Assembly (NCBI GenBank): GCA_021791495.1
Contig: JAJYWN010000011.1
Location: 1,015-65,014 of the forward strand
Direction of reading: 5' to 3'
Length of the DNA: 64,000 bases
From: Bacillota bacterium
GTDB lineage: Bacteria; Bacillota; Sulfobacillia; JAJYWN01
Of the stretch, positions 27,139-34,520 are shown in pieces. How positions within the stretch are numbered: position 1 is the stretch's first letter; each line of letters starts with the position of its first letter. The notes beneath the pieces were generated by a model, which was not told where the DNA came from, did no database searches, and worked only from the letters and a program-made list of their open reading frames with translations. The position numbers were made by a program, and so were the translations under genes.

Positions 27139-28998
27139 CTACCGCGAGCGGGCCTTCACCGTGCCGCGCCCGGCGCGTCCGGGGTAGACACCTTCCTCCG
27201 GAGAGCCGAGAAGCCCGGCGTAGATGGCCTCCGGCAGGACGCCGACGCGCGCCACCCGCGTCAAGACGTCTTCGACACCGGCCACCATCTCCGACGCCCA
27301 TCGGGTGGCCGCGGCTGTTGGCTCGATGCGGGACTGGCCGAAGAACCGGAAAGCCTCGGCGGCCGCCGTCAAGGTGTCCAACCGCGCCGCCGCGGTGATG
27401 GCGCCGCCGCTATAGGCCTCATCGGCGGAGGCGATGGTCACCGCCTCGACTCCCAGGCAAGCCGCCAGGGCGGCATGCAGGGCGGTGGACACCGACGACT
27501 GGACGCGGTCTTCCGTCTGGGTCAGGAAACCCACCGGCGCCCCGGGCCAGATGGGGGCATCGATGATCTGCCGGAGGGCCATGACTTTGGCGGCGTTGAA
27601 GTCGACGTAGTTATCGGCCATCTGACCACCGAGCATCACTTCCGGAGAGTAACAGAACAGGGGCTGCAGGACCGGCCGCCCGCCGAGGGCGACGCCCATG
27701 GCGACGGTGGCCAACATCCCAGCCATGGCTTTGTGCGCCGGGACCCCCGACAGCTCCTCATTTGTCACGACGTCGAAAGGAAGACCGTAGCGTGCCGCGT
27801 AGGTCATGGCGGCGTACGCGTCCACCGTCAGCCTGGACGGTTCTGTGCCGGCTCCCAAGGAACCGTAGGCGATATTGATCTTGGTCAGGTCCGCCCCGGC
27901 CACGGCCGCCAAGAGCACCGTCTCGGGCGTGTTCAGACCACGGTGGGCCCTTACCTGCCAGAGGAGGTCGGGCCCGGCGGCCCGCCGCAGGGCCTGGAGG
28001 TTCTCCAAGGTCACCACCGTGCCATCATGTTCGTGAGACAAGAGACCGCTGGGCAGCCCCTCTGTCCGCGCCGCCCAGGAGGGGTCGAAGTGGACCACTC
28101 CCCCCGCTCCCCACTGGCGTACCGCCTGGATATGGGCGGCATCCATGAGCGGGCATCCAGTGCCGTACTGGACGAAAACGGTGGGCTTACCCTCTGGTCC
28201 GGACAGGGGTGACCGCTCCGGCGCGGCGTAAGCCCGCTCCGGCGAAAGAAAGCTCTCTTCGTGCGCCGTGAGGTAGCGGGTATGTTCGGGGGCGCTTTTC
28301 TCCTTGGCAGCCAAGCGGACCGGCTCATCGCAAAGCTCGAGGTACAGTTCCCGGTTCCGTCCCGCTTGGGCGGGGTCGTCCAGGATGGCCCGGCGCAGTT
28401 CCGCGCGCTCCACACCGGGGCTGGTCCGCCCCGCGGCCCAGGACAGGGTCTGAGACGCCACCGTGTGGGCCAGTTCGCCGATGGCCTCGTGCCGGAACTG
28501 GTAGCCAAACCCAGCCGTGAGGTCGCGGCGCCGCGGGGGCGCCTGCCCGGCGGCGGTACCGGACAGCGGGCGCGGGGACTTGCCATCGATATACAGGAGG
28601 ACCATCTCGGGGGTGGTGCCGGGGCCGAAGCAGGCGTCAAACCCAAGTTCGGCCGCGAGTCCGTCGCGCACAGCCATGCCGCCGATCACCAGTTTCGTGG
28701 CGGGACGCAGTCCCGCGGCCTCCATCATGTCGGCCAACCGTCCCAGGAGTTCCGCGGTCCCATATCCCACGGTACGCCCGATCAAGGTGAACTCAGGACG
28801 GTATTCGGAGGCTGCCCGGACGACTTCTTCCAGGGTACGGTCGGGAGGCAAGAGCATGGTCTGATGGCCGGCGGCGTTCAGCGCCCGCCGGATGACTTTG
28901 AGACCGATATCGTGGACGGGGTCGAGCGGGACCAGCAGGACCCGGCGCGGTCTATCGGCCAGATAGGATGGGTTTACTGTGGAATAGGGCTGAGTCAC
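27139..28998 (-). CDS. Cobalamin-binding domain fused to a glutamate-mutase-E-like TIM barrel (putative single-chain AdoCbl mutase)
   Basis: N-terminal DPVHDIG...VIGG B12 Rossmann domain; C-terminal QVRAHRG and WPG..GF...E...AALAA.LG...V.IASADEA resemble GlmE QARHG and W.GGF..DE....AALAGA.KVIVKTPHEA; GTG start overlaps the upstream stop. Confidence 0.72.
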   Translation of the reverse strand: MTQPYSTVNPSYLADRPRRVLLVPLDPVHDIGLKVIRRALNAAGHQTMLLPPDRTLEEVVRAASEYRPEFTLIGRTVGYGTAELLGRLADMMEAAGLRPATKLVIGGMAVRDGLAAELGFDACFGPGTTPEMVLLYIDGKSPRPLSGTAAGQAPPRRRDLTAGFGYQFRHEAIGELAHTVASQTLSWAAGRTSPGVERAELRRAILDDPAQAGRNRELYLELCDEPVRLAAKEKSAPEHTRYLTAHEESFLSPERAYAAPERSPLSGPEGKPTVFVQYGTGCPLMDAAHIQAVRQWGAGGVVHFDPSWAARTEGLPSGLLSHEHDGTVVTLENLQALRRAAGPDLLWQVRAHRGLNTPETVLLAAVAGADLTKINIAYGSLGAGTEPSRLTVDAYAAMTYAARYGLPFDVVTNEELSGVPAHKAMAGMLATVAMGVALGGRPVLQPLFCYSPEVMLGGQMADNYVDFNAAKVMALRQIIDAPIWPGAPVGFLTQTEDRVQSSVSTALHAALAACLGVEAVTIASADEAYSGGAITAAARLDTLTAAAEAFRFFGQSRIEPTAAATRWASEMVAGVEDVLTRVARVGVLPEAIYAGLLGSPEEGVYPGRAGRGTVKARSR

Positions 28999-29315
28999 CT
29001 TGCGCCCGCCTCCTCCAACCAAGGATAGGGGACGCCGGGCCGGTTGAGGTACGCACGGGCCCGCACCCTTGCCACTCCCCCGCGGTGCTCAGCGGAAACG
29101 ACGTCGGCGTCGGCGAACCCAAGGCCGCGCAAAAGCTGCAGAATGAGCCTCCTTGCTTCGGCCTCGTCCCGGCAGAAAAGGCACGTTTCGACATCTATAG
29201 CATCCAACACGGCGGCCGCGGCCGCCGCGGCCCCGTCCGGCAGGCCGTCGCGCTCGACCGGGGTGGCCACCGGTGCGTCCGCCCTTGGCAAATCCCTTCT
29301 GGTGTGTCCGTCCAT
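28995..29315 (-). CDS. Small hypothetical protein translationally coupled to the B12 enzyme
   Basis: RBS GAAAGAGGG, CLFC motif; stop overlaps the next start (GTGA). Confidence 0.7.
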   Translation of the reverse strand: MDGHTRRDLPRADAPVATPVERDGLPDGAAAAAAAVLDAIDVETCLFCRDEAEARRLILQLLRGLGFADADVVSAEHRGGVARVRARAYLNRPGVPYPWLEEAGAR

Positions 29316-29330
29316 GGCTGACCCTCTTTC

Positions 29331-29347
29331 ACTCATCACTGATGAGT
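29331..29347. promoter_or_regulatory. Palindromic operator ACTCATCA-C-TGATGAGT
   Basis: Perfect 8-bp inverted repeat; the same palindrome recurs at 33211-33225. Confidence 0.75.
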
Positions 29348-29359
29348 CGCTACCGGCGA

Positions 29360-29396
29360 AAAAAAAGGACCGCCCTTAGAGTCTGGCCGACCCCTT
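29360..29396 (-). terminator. Putative intrinsic terminator after the FCD regulator
   Basis: AAGGGGTCGGCC...GGGCGGTCC imperfect stem followed by a T8 run. Confidence 0.55.
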
Positions 29397-30182
29397 CGGA
29401 TCGCCGGTCCTTTTTCCGCCGCCGTCTTCGCCGTCTCCGTCTCCGCCGGCCACGTCCAACTGGTCATAGTACTTCCGAACGTCGGCAATGAGGTTCTCGA
29501 TGTGCTTCACCATGGCCTGCTCCGCCGCTATTTCGTCCTGCTGGCGGATGGCCTCCATGATCTTCGCGTGGTCGGCCACGATGGTGCTGTGGAGCGTCTT
29601 TCTGATGAACTCCAGGGCCGGCGTCAGTTGGCTATCCTGCCTGATCAGTTCATTGGCTGCCAGGAGGACGCGGTTGCCGGCCGCCTGGGCGATGACGCGG
29701 TGGAACAGAGCGTCGTCTTCGGTGGCGACCTCGCCCGACTGAACGTGCACGGCCTGGCTGGCCAGGGCCTGTGCCAGGTCGGCCAGTTGGGCGTCGGTCC
29801 GGTGGTGGGCAGCCAGTCTGGCTGTTTCTCTTTCGATGGCGCGACGCGCGACCAACACCTCCAGGAGTTCCTCGCGGGTCCGGGCGCGCAGGGCGCCCAG
29901 GAACTCGGAACCCGAAGAGGCCAGACGGCGCTCGCTTTCCAGCTCCGTCAGCCGGTTCTTCCCCTGAGCCGTCAGGCGCCGACCACGGAACCCAAGGCGC
30001 TCGGTGAGGCCTTCCCGGTCCAGGTCCCGCAGTATGCGGCCGACCGTGGCCTCGCTCAACTCCAGGCCCGACGTCCGGAGGTGTTCGGCCAGCGCCCAAG
30101 ACCCCAAGAGGCCGTCGCCCGAAGCATTGATCGCCCGCAAGATCTCGTAGACTCCCGTATCCCGCCCTGCCAGCATGTCCAC
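29376..30182 (-). CDS. Transcriptional regulator with N-terminal winged HTH and FCD (FadR C-terminal) domain
   Basis: SEATVGRILRDLDREG...GRRLT wHTH; RRAIE..TARLAA, DALFHRVIAQAAGN and HAKI..AI...D...A..AM..H FCD signature. Confidence 0.88.
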   Translation of the reverse strand: MDMLAGRDTGVYEILRAINASGDGLLGSWALAEHLRTSGLELSEATVGRILRDLDREGLTERLGFRGRRLTAQGKNRLTELESERRLASSGSEFLGALRARTREELLEVLVARRAIERETARLAAHHRTDAQLADLAQALASQAVHVQSGEVATEDDALFHRVIAQAAGNRVLLAANELIRQDSQLTPALEFIRKTLHSTIVADHAKIMEAIRQQDEIAAEQAMVKHIENLIADVRKYYDQLDVAGGDGDGEDGGGKRTGDPKGSARL

Positions 30183-30210
30183 CCCCCGGTCGGGCGAAAA
30201 CCGCCCGGTA

Positions 30211-30333
30211 CTATGGCCGCCGTTGCTCCCGCCCCAGCCAATCCAGGACGAAAAACAAAGAGATTAGGAAAAGCAGAGCCCCCAGATCGCGCAACGCTCC
30301 CTGGGAACCAGCGGAAACCGGCGACCAACCCAT
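30211..30333 (-). CDS. Putative 40-aa single-TM peptide
   Basis: GGGGAGG RBS; MGWSPVSAGSQGALRDLGALLFLISLFFVLDWLGREQRRP; preceded by AC-N17-CATATATT (sigma-K/E-like). Confidence 0.45.
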   Translation of the reverse strand: MGWSPVSAGSQGALRDLGALLFLISLFFVLDWLGREQRRP

Positions 30334-30395
30334 TCTCAGGACCTCCCCGGTCGAAACGCGTAACAATATATGCGCTCCCGACCGGAGAGGTACGA

Positions 30396-30708
30396 TCTTG
30401 ATGGGGGCCGCACCCTTCGCCGCCCGAACGCTTCGTCGGGCACAGCCCGACTGCGCTGGCGGCTGCGGGACCCCGGCCCCCATACCCCCTTCTTCTTGAT
30501 GGGGGCCGCACGAGCCTGCTGAGGGCCGCACCCTTCGCCGCCCGAACGCTTCGTCGGGCACAGCCCGACTGCGCTGGCGGCTGCGGGACCCCGGCCCCCA
30601 TACCCCCTTCTTCTTGATGGGGGCCGCACCCTTCGCCGCCCGAACGCTTCGTCGGGCACAGCCCGACTGCGCTGGCGGCTGCGGGACCCCGGCCCCCATA
30701 CCCCCTTC
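30396..30708. repeat. Three tandem ~98-bp palindromic REP-like units
   Basis: Near-identical units TCTTGATGGGGGCCGCACCC...GGCCCCCATACCCCCTTC, each closed by ATGGGGGCC/GGCCCCCAT; unit 2 has a 20-bp internal insertion. Confidence 0.92.
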
Positions 30709-30714
30709 CTAAAT

Positions 30715-32175
30715 CTAGAGCAATCCAGCGTGCTTGGCGATGATGTTCATCAACGCGACCAGGCCTTTCAGCGCCAGACGCATCTTGTCTTCGTTCAGAG
30801 AACCGTCGGGCTCTGAAGTGCCCATGCCTGGTGAGATGAAGATGTTACCGTCATAGGCGATGGTCGGAACGATGCCCATCTGGGCGCACCCGGTCTGCAA
30901 CAAGTGCGACCCGGCGTACATGTCCTCGATGGAGAAGATCGGGAAGCCCATCCCCGAGCCCTTCCAGGTGTTCTCGTAGTTGACTTCCACGGTGGTGGAG
31001 TTATAGGACTTGGTCACCACCAGACCATCCCGGACCACCTTCGGCAACCCCTTGAGTTCCTCCTGAACCATGTTGTAGAGCCGGTCCACGGGGTCGGTCA
31101 GGATCCGCGGGTTGTCCCGGAGTACTTTCAGGGCCACCACCTGAGTGAGGAGGGCTTCTTTCCCGGGGTCCTGAGTGACGTAGGCCGCCTTACCGTAAGA
31201 AGCCAAGGTCCCCCACCGATCACCGTGCATCCCCAAAGCGCGGCGGATGGTGACCATCACTTCCTCGCGCCCGATAATGAGGCCGCTAGTGGCCGAGCCG
31301 GTGGCCTTGTCCATACTGTAGACGATGACGTCGGCGTTGATCTTCCGCGGATCGGTCCCGACGAAGGGGAGCCCCCAGGCGTTATCGACGATGTAGGGGA
31401 CGTTATAGTCGTGGGCCAGCTCGCCGATGTACGCCTGGAGGGCGGGCGCGCCGTCCTCGTTCTTTACCCCGTAACCGTAGCCCGGCGTGTCGTAACCGAG
31501 GGAGGCGAAACCGGTGACCAGGTCGGCGTGGACGTCGGCTGTAGCGGCCAGGCGCTCGATACTCTCCTCCGGGTCCACGTCCACCAGCATGGGGACGGGC
31601 CAGTATTTGATGCCGTGGTTGTCGTAACGGGCCCCGGCCAGCGGAACCACGACGACGTCCAGGTTATTCTGGCGTTTCCCGTAGAACCCCATTTCGCCCG
31701 CGGTGGCGCCGCGGTCGGCCAGGAAGTCCTTGTACTTCGGAGGGAAGGGGCGTCCGTAGCCGGCCTGATGGTGCATGTGCTTCTCGTAAGGGGCGATGTA
31801 GCGCGCCCGATAGTTATCGCCGCGTCCGGTGAACGGCGGCGTGCAAAGGGTGTCGAAAGAGACCCACAGGCCCGCCTCGCAGGTATTCAGGGGCGCGGCG
31901 TCCCACTCGTCACCGTAGACGTCCTTCACGATCTCCCGGACCTGCTCCACCAGAGTGGCGAGAGGAATCACCTCCTGGGCGCCCTTCTCGCTGGCGGCCA
32001 GGATATCGTCGCGCAACGGGGCCGGGTTGCCGGAGATGGCGCCGGTCAGGCCAAACTTGCCCTTCAGGCCCGGGGCGATGCCCAGTTCCTCCGCCGCCTT
32101 TCGGGCTTCCGCATAGATCTGCGCCGTGTTCGCCTGCAGGTGTTTATACAGTTGGTAGCGGTACTTGAAAGCCAT
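30715..32175 (-). CDS. Fold-type-I PLP-dependent enzyme (SelA/DgaE-like), function unknown
   Basis: IVDNAWG (PLP Asp) and YSMDKATG..SGLIIG (Schiff-base Lys). Confidence 0.75.
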   Translation of the reverse strand: MAFKYRYQLYKHLQANTAQIYAEARKAAEELGIAPGLKGKFGLTGAISGNPAPLRDDILAASEKGAQEVIPLATLVEQVREIVKDVYGDEWDAAPLNTCEAGLWVSFDTLCTPPFTGRGDNYRARYIAPYEKHMHHQAGYGRPFPPKYKDFLADRGATAGEMGFYGKRQNNLDVVVVPLAGARYDNHGIKYWPVPMLVDVDPEESIERLAATADVHADLVTGFASLGYDTPGYGYGVKNEDGAPALQAYIGELAHDYNVPYIVDNAWGLPFVGTDPRKINADVIVYSMDKATGSATSGLIIGREEVMVTIRRALGMHGDRWGTLASYGKAAYVTQDPGKEALLTQVVALKVLRDNPRILTDPVDRLYNMVQEELKGLPKVVRDGLVVTKSYNSTTVEVNYENTWKGSGMGFPIFSIEDMYAGSHLLQTGCAQMGIVPTIAYDGNIFISPGMGTSEPDGSLNEDKMRLALKGLVALMNIIAKHAGLL

Positions 32176-32243
32176 AGCCCATTCTCCTCTCTGCCTTGGC
32201 CCGGCCCGGCTCCCTACCGACCATTCCGATCCGGGCTTGCACT

Positions 32244-32708
32244 CTAACTACGGACGGCCACGATCATCTCTACTTCACAAGCGGTGTCCAAGGGCAACTC
32301 GTTGGAGCCCACGGCGGCCCGGGCGTGCTTCCCCTTGTCCCCGAAAGCGGCGACGAGGAGTTCGGAGGCGCCGTTGATGACCTTGGGTTGCGCGTTGAAG
32401 CCGTCGGCACTGTTCACAAAGCCGGTAACCTTGACGACGCGTTCCACCCTATCGAGGTCGCCGATCTCCGCCTTCAGCACCGCCAGGCAGTTGAGGGCGC
32501 AGACGCGCGCCGCCTCATATCCCTGTTCCACGGTGAGATCGCTGCCGATCTTGCCTTTGTACTTCAACTCACCCGCCACCGTGGCGATCTGGCCGGCCGT
32601 AAAGACGAGGTTTCCGACGCGAACGGCCGGTACGTAGGCCGCCAAGGCTTTCGGAGCGTCCGGAACGGTCAAACCCAACTTCTCCAAGTTCTTTTCTACT
32701 TGCGACAT
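32244..32708 (-). CDS. RidA/YjgF-family enamine/imine deaminase
   Basis: YVP..R.GNLVFTAGQ, VINGASELL, HARAAVG..LP...EVE. Confidence 0.92.
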   Translation of the reverse strand: MSQVEKNLEKLGLTVPDAPKALAAYVPAVRVGNLVFTAGQIATVAGELKYKGKIGSDLTVEQGYEAARVCALNCLAVLKAEIGDLDRVERVVKVTGFVNSADGFNAQPKVINGASELLVAAFGDKGKHARAAVGSNELPLDTACEVEMIVAVRS

Positions 32709-32737
32709 GGTTTTCTAGGGGTCCCCTCCTGTCTTAG

Positions 32738-33181
32738 CTATAGCCCGCTGATGGTCACTGGATCTTCCACCCGCAGGCCCAACTCCTCGCCGGACAGGCG
32801 CTCACCGGTCCGGATCACGATGTTCAGATGGTTCGGGGCGTGAGTCTCGTCGAACCCCACCACGGTGCCGGCGGTCTTGCCACCGATGTGGACGGCGTCC
32901 CCGCACACCACCACGCCCCCCCGGACGAACTCGACGAAGCCTAAGTAGTGGATCCGATCGACCGTGCTGCCCGGAGCGGCATCATCTTCGGAAGTCGCGA
33001 TGAACTCGTGTACATCCCCCGTTTTCACCGTCCGCGAGATGGTCTGGATGAGGTGCAGGCCGCGATCCTCCATGCTCCCCCGGAGTACAGCCACCAACTT
33101 GCCGTTAAGTGGTCGCTTAGCTGCGTACGGGCTCTTCGTGAAGGCGCGGCGGCCGTATGGGTCGTTGGCCGACTCCACCAT
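32738..33181 (-). CDS. DUF6917-like hypothetical protein
   Basis: RGL.LI...SR...GDVHE, YLGF.EF..GG and GFDETHAPNHLNI motifs; strong RBS. Confidence 0.65.
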   Translation of the reverse strand: MVESANDPYGRRAFTKSPYAAKRPLNGKLVAVLRGSMEDRGLHLIQTISRTVKTGDVHEFIATSEDDAAPGSTVDRIHYLGFVEFVRGGVVVCGDAVHIGGKTAGTVVGFDETHAPNHLNIVIRTGERLSGEELGLRVEDPVTISGL

Positions 33182-33210
33182 GGTCTTGGTCTGTCCTCCC
33201 CTGAATCCTA

Positions 33211-33225
33211 CTCATCAGTGATGAG
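33211..33225. promoter_or_regulatory. Second copy of operator CTCATCA-G-TGATGAG
   Basis: Same palindrome as at 29332-29346; lies between a sigma-H-like promoter (33239-33263, AGGAATC-N14-GAAT) and the RBS. Confidence 0.75.
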
Positions 33226-33280
33226 CGCCATGATGGACATTCTGCCCATCCTAGGCGATTCCTTCTACCGAAAAGGCCTT

Positions 33281-33811
33281 CTAGCCAAAAATCCATCCGC
33301 AAACAAGAATCGCCGCGATAAACCCGACCGCATCACCGATGAGCCCGACGGGCAACGCGTATCGCGGGTCCCGCACCCCTACGGACCCGAAGTACAAGGT
33401 GAGGACGAAGAAGGTGGTGTCGGAACTCCCCTGCACCACGGCGGCGAGCCGCGAAACGAAGGCGTCGGCTCCGTGAGTCTTCATGACTTCACCTACCAGA
33501 CCCAGGGTGGCAGATCCCGACAAAGGGCGGAGGAGGACGACGGGGATGACGTCGGCGGGGATGTGGAACAAGGTGGTGAAAGGCGAGATGGCGCGCGCCA
33601 GGAGGTCGAATAACCCGGAGGTGCGGAACATTCCGACGGCCATGAAGATGGCCAGGACAAAGGGGAAGATGCGCAGGGCGATGGCTAGGCCTTCCTCGGC
33701 GCCCTCGATGAAGGTTTCGTAGACTTTCACACCTTTCAGGTATCCGTACAAGGGAATGCCCGCCAGGATGACCGGGAGAAGCCATTGCGCCAATAGGTTG
33801 ATGACGGCCAT
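33281..33811 (-). CDS. spmB: Spore maturation protein B
   Basis: VKVYETFIEGA, LRPLSGS, GSSDTTFFVL..YFGSVG. Confidence 0.93.
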   Translation of the reverse strand: MAVINLLAQWLLPVILAGIPLYGYLKGVKVYETFIEGAEEGLAIALRIFPFVLAIFMAVGMFRTSGLFDLLARAISPFTTLFHIPADVIPVVLLRPLSGSATLGLVGEVMKTHGADAFVSRLAAVVQGSSDTTFFVLTLYFGSVGVRDPRYALPVGLIGDAVGFIAAILVCGWIFG

Positions 33812-33825
33812 CGCTTGCCCCTCCC

Positions 33826-34416
33826 TCACTTCCTCCGCCGGGCGTGCCGGCGGGCCATGGCACTATTGGCCATCAAGGTGGCGGCCGTGCCACAGAGGCT
33901 GGCGAAAACCGAAGGGCCCACAATGTCCATGGGATTGGCGGCACCCGAAGCCAGACGCAGGGCGATCAAGGAGGCCGGCACCAAGGTGACAGACTGCGTC
34001 ACCAAGGCCATGAAAGTGATCATCGACTTCGAGGCCACCGCCTTGTCCTCGGCCAGTTCAGACAGGCCGGCCATGGCCTTCAACCCGAAGGGGGTCGCGG
34101 CGTTGCCTAGACCGAGGAGGTTCGCGCTGACGTTCAGGACGATGGCCCCCAGCACCGGGTGATCGCGTGGTATCTCCGGGAAGAGCCGCGCCGTCAAAGG
34201 TGCCAGAGCGCGGGCGATGAGATGGACCAGGCCCGACTTCTCGGCGATCTTCATCAGCCCCATCCACAGGCAGAGCACGCCGGTGAGGCCCAACACCAGG
34301 TCCACGGCCGAGCGGCCCGAGGCCATGGCCGCGGCCGTCACTTCATTGACCTGGCCACGCGCGCCGCCGTAAATCACCGCCGACACGATGAGGAAAAGCC
34401 AAATCACGTTTAACAA
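33826..34416 (-). CDS. spmA: Spore maturation protein A
   Basis: LWMGLMKIAE.SG, ANLLGLGNAATPFGLKAM. Confidence 0.94.
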   Translation of the reverse strand: MLNVIWLFLIVSAVIYGGARGQVNEVTAAAMASGRSAVDLVLGLTGVLCLWMGLMKIAEKSGLVHLIARALAPLTARLFPEIPRDHPVLGAIVLNVSANLLGLGNAATPFGLKAMAGLSELAEDKAVASKSMITFMALVTQSVTLVPASLIALRLASGAANPMDIVGPSVFASLCGTAATLMANSAMARRHARRRK

Positions 34417-34520
34417 GGCGCTCGCCTCCGCGCCGTATGTCTATGAGGCCGACCGCGCCCTATAAACCCTTCCACAATATTCCTCGGCGCTCCGCTTTCC
34501 AGCCACCTATATTCAGCGGT

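Noticed and set aside
30396-30708. Possible CRISPR array or repeat-encoded protein
   Set aside because: Units are ~98 bp with no unique spacers and there are no cas genes. The ORFs across it are artefacts of the repeat.
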